The notes under the pieces are model-generated. The model worked only from the letters and a program-made list of their open reading frames with translations, made no database searches and was not told the DNA's origin. Shown one piece after another: positions 28,029 through 39,560 of a stretch of 64,000 bases of DNA (position 1 is the first letter of the stretch; every line of letters begins with the position of its first letter). The position numbers and the translations under genes are program-made. The stretch covers positions 16,415,028 to 16,479,027 of the forward strand of contig CM082576.2 in the NCBI GenBank assembly GCA_040954595.2. The letters are read 5' to 3'. The stretch comes from Balanoglossus misakiensis (lineage: Eukaryota > Animalia > Hemichordata).

Positions 28029-28270
28029 TTAGATAGGGACGGTCGATCGGCCACACAAATTATCAGGTCATTATTTCTCCACTTTAATATGGTCACTTTT
28101 TGTAGGATATAACAAGACAAAACCGCTCTTCTCCCATATAAATTATAAGATAGGGTCGGTCAATCAGCTGGCCACGCACACAAATTATCGTGCCGCGTGC
28201 TCTGTGTGTACGCCTATGTGTTAGTGAAGCTTCCGTTTGCTTAATAATCGTAGAAATTCAAGCAGTGTTT

Positions 28271-28390
28271 GCCTACGGCCATACCACGTCGAATACACCG
28301 GTTCTCGTCCGATCACCGAAGTTAAGCTGCGTTGGGCGTGGTTAGTACTTGGATGGGTGACCGCCTGGGAATACCACGTGCCGTAGGCTT
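28271..28390 (+). rRNA. RNA5S: 5S rRNA gene
   Basis: Identical to 24407-24526. Confidence 0.96.
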
Positions 28391-28451
28391 GAATTTTTCC
28401 TTTTTCTTAACTTTTGCATTAAACAGTCTTCCTTTTTGTCGTCGTAAACGT

Positions 28452-28756
28452 TGTGACGTACTTTACGTCTGGGGTGGATTTATGAACAAGGTTCTGGGGG
28501 ATGGCAGGGGAAATTACAGGAGCGGGACGCAGCTGTACAACCTTTAAACAGCTTTTATTGAAGGTCACTCAAGAAGTGATAACACAAGCACAAAACCAGC
28601 CAGAAAAGTAGCAAATTTTGTTTTGGCGGGAAAGATGTCATTGGGTGATTAACTAGGCCTCTGATTGGGCTAAAATACTCAGCTCTGATTGGCTCAAAGT
28701 ATCCGAGCTGTGATCCTCAAAATGACTCATGGTCAGAGTTTTTAGCATCTCCGATA
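28452..28756 (-). repeat. 3' LTR of BEL/Pao element
   Basis: Identical by eye to 39256-39560. Confidence 0.95.
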
Positions 28757-29434
28757 TTCTCCCGGGCCGCAAAAGCGAACAAGAAATCAAAAAATAAACT
28801 AGAAAATCCTGAAATACATGCAAACTAGAAAAATCAGATTGTCTATTGTTCGATTGTCATTGAAACACAGACAATGTCAATGTCCACTTCATGTCGATAC
28901 GGAGCGCGAGTTCACTTCCAGCGGGAAGAGTTTGCTTACTGGCCTTGTGGTGTGTCCCTTGGCGGTTCTGATTTCCGCTGATCGGACTAGGTTGTCGCGT
29001 CCGTAGTTCAATCGTTCCACCGTAGCCAAAGTCCATTCCAGGCGCCGTTTGACATCTTCATGTACAAGGACCACGTCCCCAACCTGTATTTTGTTGCCGG
29101 GACTCCCTATTGGCGAGTGGTTTTCACGTAGCGCGGGCAAAAATTCCGATACCCATCGTCGCCAAAATCGCGTCTGGAGCGTAGTCATCAGAGTGTAGCG
29201 CTTGTTTAGATCGCTATGGTTACCGTAGGTCGGGTCGGTGAGTTCATCGTCTTCGACGGTGAGATATGGTACCGTTGTCAAGGGGCGCCCGTGTAATAAA
29301 TGAGCGGGCGTCAACGGCACGGCGTCTTCAGCATCCGAAGAAACATATGTGATCGGTCGGTCGTTTATTACGGCCTCAACTTCGGTCAGCAAGGTATACA
29401 GTTCATTGAATGTCACGTAGGCGCGTCCTAAGAC

Positions 29435-32400
29435 AGGTGTTGGAAGTTTGTTACTTATTCCTTATTCCTTATTCGAATGTGAAGTTTGTTACTTATTCCT
29501 TATTCCTTATTCCTTATTCGAATGTGAAGTTTGTTACTTATTCCTTATTCCTTATTCAAAGCTGAAGTCTGTGACTTATTCCTTATTCGGATTCTGAAGT
29601 CTGTGACTTATTCCTTATTCAAAGCTCAAGTCTGTGACTTATTCCTTATTCGAAATCTGAAGTCTGTGACTTATTCCTTATTCGAAATCTGAAGTCTGTG
29701 ACTTATTCCTTATTCGAAATCTGAAGTCTGTGACTTATTCCTTATTCAAAGCTTATTCCTTATTCGAAATCTGAAGTCTGTGACTTATTCCTTAGTCGAA
29801 ATCTGAAGTCTGTGACTTATTCCTTATTCGAAATCTGAAGTCTGTGACTTTTTCCTTATTCAAAGCTTATTCCTTATTCGAAATCTGAAGTCTGTGACTT
29901 ATTCCTTATTCGAAATCTGAAGTCTGTGACTTATTCCTTATTCGAAATCTGAAGTCTGTGACTTATTCCTTATTCGAAATCTGAAGTCTGTGACTTATTC
30001 CTTATTCGAAATCTGAAGTCTGTGACTTATTCCTTATTCGAAATCTGAAGTCTGTGACTTATTCCTTATTCAAAGCTTATTCCTTATTCGAAATCTGAAG
30101 TCTGTGACTTATTCCTTATTCGAAATCTGAAGTCTGTGACTTATTCCTTATTCGGATTCTGAAGTCTGTGACTTATTCCTTATTCAAAGCTTATTCCTTA
30201 TTCGAAATCTGAAGTCTGTGACTTATTCCTTATTCAAAGCTTATTCCTTATTCAAAGCTGAAGTCTGTGACTTATTCCTTATTCGGATTCTGAAGTCTGT
30301 GACTTTTTCCTTATTCAAAGCTTATTCCTTATTCGAAATCTGAAGTCTGTGACTTATTCCTTATTCGAAATCTGAAGTCTGTGACTTATTCCTTATTCGA
30401 AATCTGAAGTCTGTGACTTATTCCTTATTCGAAATCTGAAGTCTGTGACTTATTCCTTATTCGAAATCTGAAGTCTGTGACTTTTTCCTTATTCAAAGCT
30501 TATTCCTTATTCGAAATCTGAAGTCTGTGACTTATTCCTTATTCGAAATCTGAAGTCTGTGACTTATTCCTTATTCGAAATCTGAAGTCTGTGACTTTTT
30601 CCTTATTCAAAGCTTATTCCTTATTCGAAATCTGAAGTCTGTGACTTATTCCTTATTCGGATTCTGAAGTCTGTGACTTATTCCTTATTCGGATTCTGAA
30701 GTCTGTGACTTATTCCTTATTCAAAGCTTATTCCTTATTCGAAATCTGAAGTCTGTGACTTATTCCTTATTCGAAATCTGAAGTCTGTGACTTATTCCTT
30801 ATTCGGATTCTGAAGTCTGTGACTTATTCCTTATTCAAAGCTTATTCCTTATTCGAAATCTGAAGTCTGTGACTTATTCCTTATTCAAAGCTTATTCCTT
30901 ATTCAAAGCTGAAGTCTGTGACTTATTCCTTATTCGGATTCTGAAGTCTGTGACTTTTTCCTTATTCAAAGCTTATTCCTTATTCGAAATCTGAAGTCTG
31001 TGACTTATTCCTTATTCGAAATCTGAAGTCTGTGACTTATTCCTTATTCGAAATCTGAAGTCTGTGACTTATTCCTTATTCGAAATCTGAAGTCTGTGAC
31101 TTATTCCTTATTCGAAATCTGAAGTCTGTGACTTATTCCTTATTCGAAATCTGAAGTCTGTGACTTATTCCTTATTCGAAATCTGAAGTCTGTGACTTTT
31201 TCCTTATTCAAAGCTTATTCCTTATTCGAAATCTGAAGTCTGTGACTTATTCCTTATTCGAAATCTGAAGTCTGTGACTTATTCCTTATTCGAAATCTGA
31301 AGTCTGTGACTTATTCCTTATTCGGATTCTGAAGTCTGTGACTTATTCCTTATTCGGATTCTGAAGTCTGTGACTTATTCCTTATTCGGATTCTGAAGTC
31401 TGTGACTTATTCCTTATTCGGATTCTGAAGTCTGTGACTTTTTCCTTATTCAAAGCTTATTCCTTATTCGGATTCTGAAGTCTGTGACTTGTTCCTTATT
31501 CGAAATCTGAAGTCTGTGACTTATTCCTTATTCGGATTCTGAAGTCTGTGACTTTTTCCTTATTCAAAGCTTATTCCTTATTCGAAATCTGAAGTCTGTG
31601 ACTTATTCCTTATTCGAAATCTGAAGTCTGTGACTTATTCCTTATTCGGATTCTGAAGTCTGTGACTTATTCCTTATTCGGATTCTGAAGTCTGTGACTT
31701 ATTCCTTATTCAAAGCTCAAGTCTGTGACTTATTCCTTATTCGAAATCTGACGAAAATCTGAAAAAAAATTTGCCCAAATTTTGGGTGACCTCAGATGAC
31801 TTTTGACCTACTTTCCTATATCTCGGCACCCAGAGCAGGTACAGACTTGGCGTTTGGAGGGTTGGGACTCAAATTGAAAATCCAAAATTGGGGGTTACCT
31901 GTGACACCTGCTTATCTCATTAATTATGTGCATAACTAATTCCAGGCTAACCAATAGGGCTAGAGGTTTCATTCTTGTTGGACATGGACCAGCCTGGGGT
32001 CAAAATTTTTTCCCAAATTTTGGGTGACCTTGGATGACCTTTGATCTACTTTCCCATATCTCAGCATCCACAGTAGTTAGAGTCCTGGCTTTTGGGGGCC
32101 GATGGAGCACATAATGGAGTCTTACACAAGAGGGGTCTGGTTTTTGTTGGATCTAGACTAGTATGGGGTCCAATTGTTTTGCCCAATTTTGGGGTGAACT
32201 ACGGTGACCTTTGATAGTACTTTCCTCACAGAACGATGCTAACATACATGAACTTATAAAAATTCGATTGGTTTTTCGTTCACCCCCCCCCCGGCCGTAA
32301 AAACTGAACGGTCCCTTAAGTCATAAAAGGAACAAGTCATCTTAATATTTCTTAAACATGAACTTAGCCCGTGATATTTCTATCTCGTTCTGACATGTAT

Positions 32401-33896
32401 CAATTACACAAGCTTGTTTACTCTGGGTCAAGTACATATGTCAATACAAGTGAATGTCTTCTTACGTAATCATAGAAAGGATCTATGAGCGTTCAAACTC
32501 AGTCGTGACAACAGACTTCAGATTTCGAATAAAGAATAAGTCACAGGCTTCAGAATCCGAATAAGGAATAAGCTTTGAATAAGGAAAAAGTCACAGACTT
32601 CATAATCCGAATAAGGAATAAGTCACAGACTTCAGATTTCGAATAAGGAATAAGTCACAGACTTCAGATTTCGAATAAGGAATAAGCTTTGAATAAGGAA
32701 AAAGTCACAGACTTCAGATTTCGAATAAGGAATAAGTCACAGACTTCAGATTTCGAATAAGGAATAAGTCACAGACTTCAGATTTCGAATAAGGAATAAG
32801 TCACAGACTTCAGATTTCGAATAAGGAATAAGCTTTGAATAAGGAAAAAGTCACAGACTTCAGATTTCGAATAAGGAATAAGTCACAGACTTCAGATTTC
32901 GAATAAGGAATAAGTCACAGACTTCAGAATCCGAATAAGGAATAAGTCACAGACTTCAGATTTCGAATAAGGAATAAGCTTTGAATAAGGAAAAAGTCAC
33001 AGACTTCAGAATCCGAATAAGGAATAAGTCACAGACTTCAGATTTCGAATAAGGAATAAGTCACAGACTTCAGATTTCGAATAAGGAATAAGTCACAGAC
33101 TTCAGATTTCGAATAAGGAAAAAGTCACAGACTTCAGATTTCGAATAAGGAATAAGCTTTGAATAAGGAAAAAGTCACAGACTTCAGAATGCGAATAAGG
33201 AATAAGTCACAGACTTCAGATTTCGAATAAGGAATAAGTTTTGAATAAGGAAAAGGTCACAGACTTCAGAATCCGAATAAGGAATAAGTCACAGACTTCA
33301 GATTTCGAATAAGGAAAAAGTCACAGACTTCAGATTTCGAATAAGGAATAAGCTTTGAATAAGGAAAAAGTCACAGACTTCAGAATGCGAATAAGGAATA
33401 AGTCACAGACTTCAGATTTCGAATAAGGAATAAGCTTTGAATAAGGAAAAAGTCACAGACTTCAGAATCTGAATAAGGAATAAGTCACAGACTTCAGAAT
33501 CCGAATAAGGAACAAGTCACAGACTTCAGATTTCGAATAAAGAATAAGTCACAGGCTTCAGAATCCGAATAAGGAATAAGCTTTGAATAAGGAAAAAGTC
33601 ACAGACTTCATAATCCGAATAAGGAATAAGTCACAGACTTCAGAATCCGAATAAGGAATAAGTCACACACTTCAGATTGCGAATAAGGAACAAGTCAGAT
33701 TTCGAATAAGGAATAAGTCACAGACTTCATAATCCGAATAAGGAATAAGGAATAAGTAACAAACTTCACATTCGAATAAGGAATAAGGAATAAGTAACAA
33801 ACTTCACATTCGAATAAGGAATAAGGAATAAGGAATAAGTAACAAACTTCACATTCGAATAAGGAATAAGGAATAAGTAACAAACTTCACGGACCC
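29435..33896. mobile_element. Foldback-type element (probably Mutator/FB-related) inserted in the integrase region
   Basis: 9-bp TSD tcctaagac (29426-34, 33897-905); removing the insert restores KKVLG-RAYVTFNEL. Arms are inverted arrays of a 32-bp unit ttattccttattcgaaatctgaagtctgtgac (~29443-31750 and ~32511-33890) around a ~760-bp non-coding centre. Confidence 0.92.
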
Positions 33897-36800
33897 TCCT
33901 AAGACCTTCTTTATTGCGGTCTTAGTTATTCCGATTAGCCGTTCCCAAAATCCCCCGAACCAAGGGGCTCGTTTCGGGATGAAGTTCCTTTGGCAGCGTC
34001 TGTTGGCGAGATGAGCCTTCACTTCGGGCGCGTCGAATAAACGGCGTAGTTCGGCGGCCGCGGACACGAAGTTAGACGCGTTATCTGATATCATTTTGCT
34101 CGGTAGCGAGCGTCTTGCAGCGAAACGGCGGAATGCTTGTAGAAAGCTATTCGCGGACAAGTCGTCAACAAGTTCCAAATGCACGGCGCGTGTAACAGCG
34201 CAAGTGAACAGGCAGACATACACCTTTTTCTCTCGTACAGGTTTGGGCGATTTGATGTACAACGCTACGGTGAAGTCAACTCCGGTTACGTTGAAAGGCG
34301 GGGCTGTTTTCACACGATCTGCTTGTAGCGGTGCTTGTCTTGGGTAGCTGTAGGCGTGCCCGCTGATTTTGCGGCATGTGACACACTTACTCAGTAGAGC
34401 TCTCACGGTACGGCGTATTCTCGGTATCCAGAATTTCTGCCGTAAATGAGCTACGGTCGATTGTACTCCGGCGTGAAGTAAACGCGAATGCGCGTCGCGA
34501 ATGACGAGTTCCGTGAATCGATGGTTTCGCGGTAGCAGAATTGGGAATTTGGCGTCGAAGCCAATTGGCGCGTTATGTAGTCTGCTATCACATCTTGTGA
34601 TGTCTCTGTCATCGGTGAAAAGTTTCAGCGGCTTCGTCAGAGCGGCTCGTTGTCCTGTTTCGCCGAAAGTCTGTTGTTGGGTGTCCTTGATCCATGTGTT
34701 TTCGGCATGTTGTATTTCCTCAGCTGTGAGGGGACCGAATTTCCGAGTGCTGTTCCGTTTTATGTTCGAAACGAATCTTAGCACTTGTGCGGTGACACGG
34801 AGAAGTTCGTTCAACGTGCTGAACCGATTCGCGTCAATCACTTGTTGTATTCCGGTAGTATCTGGGGTTTAGCGGTCAAACAGTCCGCGAGTTTTTCATC
34901 TTGAAGTCTCGTCTCGAGGGGGTTACTCGCGGGGAGAAGTTCCGATTCATTCACCGTCGATACCGGTGCGTGGTGAATCGCGCTGTCGAACACTTCGCTT
35001 ATAGGCCAGTCGCCTTGTTTCAGCCAAGTTGGGCCGTTCCACCAAAGGCCAGACTCACGTAGATCAGCGGTAGAAATCCCGCGGGTCAGCAAATCTGCCG
35101 GATTGTCCCCCGTGGGACAGTATTTCGCGGTGCAGGAAATCGCGTTTGTTTCTCTTACACGATTGGCAACGAAGATCGGAAGTCGCTGTTCAACCAATGT
35201 AGGACTATTTGACTATCAGACCACAGAATTTTCTCTGTGATGCGAATTTTGCCTTGTAGGGAGTTTGAGACGAATTGCAACAGCCTTGCACCGATCAAGG
35301 CGGCCATCAGTTCGAGGCGCGGGAGAGTGAACTCTTTGAGAGGTGCCACGCGATTCTTTGCCATGACAACCGCGGTTTGATTGGCATGTCGTAAGTAGGC
35401 GACGGCTCCATAGGCCTTCATGCTGGAGTCGGCGAACACGTGGAGCTCATAGTTTTGATTGACAGGCGAGTTGTCAAAATATCGGCGATTGAGTTTCAAC
35501 GTGGTCGTTTCGCGTATTTCTCTTGCGATGTCTGTCCACTGTTTATGGAGTTCGTTTTCTAGCGGTTCGTCCCAGGCGAGACCTTTTATCCACAGTTGCT
35601 GTATGAACAGTTTCGCCTTAATGAGAACTGGCGAAAGATACCCCAGAGGGTCGTATAAGCTGGCAGTGGTTCGAACCACTTCACGTTTCGTAGTGAGATT
35701 GTCCGGTATTTGGAGATTCTTCTTCGCGTAGGCGAGTTCGTCGGTTTCGGTTAACCAGCGAAGTCCTAGTGTGTTCACGTCAGTAGCGCGTTCGAGTTTA
35801 TCATCCTTTGCAGCAAGTGCGCGAACATCTTCACAGTTACTCGCCCAACTTCGTAGATTGAATCCGCAAGATTCTAACAGACGGTTTGACACTCTGTATA
35901 GTAGCCAACTGCTTCGCCCGGGCTATCAGCTCCGCTAAGTATGTTGTCAACGTAGATATTATTTTTGAGATCGATGGAAGTTGGCGTGGATTGAGCGGAC
36001 TCGAGATGGGTTTTCACGACTGCGTTTAAAATGAATGGCGAGCAAACTGCGCCGAATAGAACCACCTTGAAGCGATATGTTTTGAAGTCGCTTTCCGGGT
36101 CTGTCGGATCAGACAACCACAAAAACTTCGTAAATTGACGATCGCTTTCGTCAAGTCGAACATGTAGAAAAGCCTTTTCTATGTCACTCGTAAAGGCAAA
36201 GCGGTTTGCGCGAAACCGAAGTAGAATTTGTGTGAGGTCGTTGAGCAGAGGCGGGCCGGTTTGCAGGCAGTCATTCAAACTCGGTGTGTCGGTAGATTGC
36301 CTGCAACTACAATCATACACGATTCTGATTGGCGTAGTGGCTGAATCTTTTTTCACGGGGCGATGGGGCAAGTAGTGACCGGTGCGGCGCGTGTCCATGT
36401 CGCCTGGTACTTCTTCGATGAAATCTCGCGATTCCTGATCAGAAATGATTTTGTCATACGCTTTCAGAATGTCCGGTGAAAGCCTACGCACCATAGAACG
36501 CGTGCGATTATCAGTGACCCCGTAGTTAACGGGTAGTGGCGGGTGGTTGGACTTCCATGGCAACTTCGCGATATATGTGCCATTTTCGATGCGCAAATGT
36601 GTGTCTCTGTAATCTTCAAAGGTATTGTTATCCATAGCAGCAGATTGCGTATCGTCTTGAATACCGATTGTCTCGAGGTTCCAATAATTTTGGAGTTGAA
36701 TCTCTTCGTCGTGCGTGTTTGAGAGAACATGAAAAATCGTCGCATCGCTATCAGACGAATTTGTCTTGTGAACGGGACCGGACAGTAGGTAACCGAATTT

Positions 36801-38003
36801 CGAGCGTACAGCGGTTGGGCCTGGGCCACGAATAACTCGATCTTCGACAAAATCCCAGTAGTAGTCCGCGCCTATTAACACGGAAATCTCGAACGAATCG
36901 GTGTTCGATACCGGGTAAGCAAAGTTTAGTCCGCGTAGGTGTGGCAAGTCAGCAACTGATTGCTTGACAAAGTTTTTCATTCGCGTCGAAATCTGCGGAA
37001 TGATGAGAACGTTTATCTCTTTCTTTTCGCCGGAAAGCGTGTGCAATGCAATGGTCGCTGCATTGATCGATCTTTGCGGATATTTGTCACCGAAGGAAGT
37101 CAGTCTAATGACCTCGGTACCGGTCGGTTCTAAACCGAGTCTTGTCGCGAAATCTTGGGTCACGAATGAACGCTTCGCGCCTTCGTCGAATAACACTGTG
37201 GCGTCAATTGTCGTTTGAAATTTCGTAGAGACTGGAACGACCGCGGTTTTCAGGAGAATTGGTCCGTTTCTCGCTTTCTCGCGACTCGAGTTCTCAGTAC
37301 GGGCGAACTGAACATGTGTAGCGGAAGGAGTGCGCGCGTCTTCCGTCGGGGTTTTCGAACTGTCCGAAGCTCGATCAGTATGATTATGAAGCGAGGTATG
37401 ATGCTTTCTGTTGCATGAACGGCAACTGAACTTCGATCTACAATCGTGTACTCGATGCCTGCCGAGGCAGTTAAAACATAGTTTGTCGCGTTTGACAATG
37501 TCAAGACGTTTCTTCTTATCGGTAATGGTTGTGCATTCATTGGCAAAATGTTGCCCTTTGCAAAACGCACACGATTTCGGTTTATTGACCCTAGCGAAAC
37601 GGGTTGCGGATCTAGTGTGAAACGCGGCGGTCATCGACGGCTTGCATTCGTCGTATGTAGAATCGCTGTCGGATTCAGCGGTGGAGAGGCCAGCTTGAAG
37701 AGCGTCGATTTCTTTGAGAATTGCCTTTCGTAGGTCGCCGAGTTTCCATTCATTATTACCGTGTTCTCGTGCGATTTGTTTGCGAGTGTTACCGGGAAGT
37801 TTTTCCAAGACTATGGGTACGAGTAGATCTCCGTACGCGTCTTCGTTTTTACCGAGAGATTGGAGACCGCGAATATTACTCTCTAGAGTGTCGTAGAAGT
37901 TTCGTAGACTGCTGAGTTCGCCTTCTGGACTCGGCATGTCCCACAGCGATTTCATGTAGGCGCTTATAATCTTGTGTGTTTTGCCATAACGTTCGGTGAG
38001 AAG

Positions 38004-38134
38004 TAGACTCTATGGCAGTCGCTGTGCCTGTCGATAAGGAATGGAACTTTCGTACGACGCGCCGCCAGGACGTTCTATACGTAACGCAGACGCGCATTTC
38101 ATTTTCAGTATCACACAGTCTTGGAGCAAGACTA
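38004..38134. mobile_element. 131-bp non-autonomous element with 9-bp TSD in gag
   Basis: tagactct..ttggagcaagacta flanked by ggtgagaag twice (37995-38003, 38135-43). Confidence 0.88.
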
Positions 38135-38217
38135 GGTGAGAAGTTGAAGCGCGTGTGCGTAGTTCGAACTTGTCAATGACAGACCTTCGATCGATCGAGC
38201 GGCTTCGCCTTGAAGCT

Positions 38218-38635
38218 TAGACTCTAAGCAGTCGCTGTGCCTATGGAACTTTCGGAACTGCGTCAGCGTACGTGGACGCGCCGCCAGGCATAGCGACTGT
38301 ACGTTTCTGCACACATATATTTGATATGAATATTCATAAGCGGCGTTAATTTGCATATAGAACATTTAGAAGCGCACACAAGCTCGCGATAACGCCCAAA
38401 AATGCGTATTCTGTACGTGGTATGTACGCGTATAGAACTCATGTTGACGCGACGCTAATTTGATTGACAGACATATGAGGTTCGAATGTTCTCCGCTACT
38501 TACCAAAATCTGGTAAAACCACTTGAGGGCGTTTACAGAATCGGCAAGACTGTGTGATTAGCGTCGCGTCCTGTTCTATACGCAACGCGGACGCGCATTT
38601 CTTTTTCAGTATCACACAGTCTTGGAGCAAGACTA
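38218..38635. mobile_element. 418-bp element of the same family with 9-bp TSD in gag
   Basis: tagactct..ttggagcaagacta flanked by cttgaagct twice (38209-17, 38636-44). Confidence 0.88.
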
Positions 38636-39237
38636 CTTGAAGCTGTGCGCGTAAGTATTGGAATTTCTGGACGTCACCCAGATTCTTGTCGTCGTGGACA
38701 GCGGATTTGAACGCGTCGTGGAAACTGACCCATTTGAGAATGTCACCCGAAAAGACGGGTAGCTGAAGTTTCGGCAAACTTGTAGTTTTCCTTTGAGTGG
38801 AGGGTGCCGCGGAAGTGATTTCTTCGTGGGAAGATCGGTCGGGCGATGTCGCTCGCGAATTTCTGTCGATGAATCGGCCGATCTTGAGCTTTCTATCGAA
38901 AACTTGATGCAATTAGTCGTCGGTTTCCTCGATCACGCCTTCGAGGTCGCCTTCGTCAACGGATTCGATGATCTTCAAGTCTAGGGATGCGAGAATGTCG
39001 TATTTCGCGTTTATCAGTTCGCGCGTGGTGATGAGGGTATCGAGAGCTTCGATCTTGTCATCGTTTTCTTCAAATGATGAGATGATATCCTCTGCTTTGT
39101 TGAGAAGTCTTGTCAAGGATCCACGGTGACCCCTTCGTGTACCTTTCAGCCTGTTGAGCGAGTTTGCTCCTGGGACCGCCTGAGCGGGTGTTGGGTGCTC
39201 CTGTTCCTCTGGTTCTGCCATCATTACCGGTAAATCC

Positions 39238-39252
39238 TGGTCTCGGCACCAA
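39238..39252 (-). promoter_or_regulatory. Primer-binding site, tRNA-His-like
   Basis: Minus strand TGGTGCCGAGACCAGG(AT) just inside the 5' LTR; one mismatch to the invertebrate tRNA-His 3'-end complement as recalled (TGGTGCCGTGACCAGGAT). Confidence 0.75.
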
Positions 39253-39255
39253 AAA

Positions 39256-39560
39256 TGTGACGTACTTTACGTCTGGGGTGGATTTATGAACAAGGTTCTG
39301 GGGGATGGCAGGGGAAATTACAGGAGCGGGACGCAGCTGTACAACCTTTAAACAGCTTTTATTGAAGGTCACTCAAGAAGTGATAACACAAGCACAAAAC
39401 CAGCCAGAAAAGTAGCAAATTTTGTTTTGGCGGGAAAGATGTCATTGGGTGATTAACTAGGCCTCTGATTGGGCTAAAATACTCAGCTCTGATTGGCTCA
39501 AAGTATCCGAGCTGTGATCCTCAAAATGACTCATGGTCAGAGTTTTTAGCATCTCCGATA
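39256..39560 (-). repeat. 5' LTR of BEL/Pao element
   Basis: Identical by eye to 28452-28756. Confidence 0.95.

Larger units (their letters stand above)
21558..28451 (+). repeat. 5S rDNA tandem array, unit ~1305 bp
   Basis: 5S genes spaced 1308, 1304, 1305 and 2559 bp apart (the last includes a 1245-bp MITE); spacers nearly identical. Confidence 0.95.
28889..39224 (-). pseudogene. BEL/Pao gag-pol polyprotein, disrupted
   Basis: Gag LPKLQLPVFSGD; three Cys/His knuckles (CAFCKGQH..C, CFNCLGRH..C, CRSCNRKHH); protease VLFDEGA; RT DIEKAFL..YVDN; RNase H LHVFADSS..AYGAVAY; integrase HHCC, GVDF..ISDNA..WERL and C-terminal FWRRW..E. Stop at 38913, frameshifts near 35880, 35170 and 34840, three TE insertions. 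Confidence 0.93.
28452..39560 (-). mobile_element. BEL/Pao LTR retrotransposon, full length but inactivated
   Basis: 305-bp LTRs at 28452-28756 and 39256-39560. PBS TGGTGCCGAGACCAGGAT (tRNA-His-like) and PPT-like gcccgggagaa on the minus strand. Domain order gag-PR-RT-RH-IN. No TSD. Confidence 0.97.

Noticed and set aside
24458-28547. Short ORFs overlapping 5S genes and spacers
   Set aside because: Chance frames in rDNA repeats with no coding signature.
29443-33890. CRISPR-like array of ~32-bp repeats
   Set aside because: Units are contiguous with no unique spacers, there are no cas genes, the context is eukaryotic, and the arrays form the inverted arms of a TSD-flanked element.
34096-37915. 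Plus-strand ORFs within the retrotransposon
   Set aside because: Antisense shadows of the GC-richer pol coding sequence.
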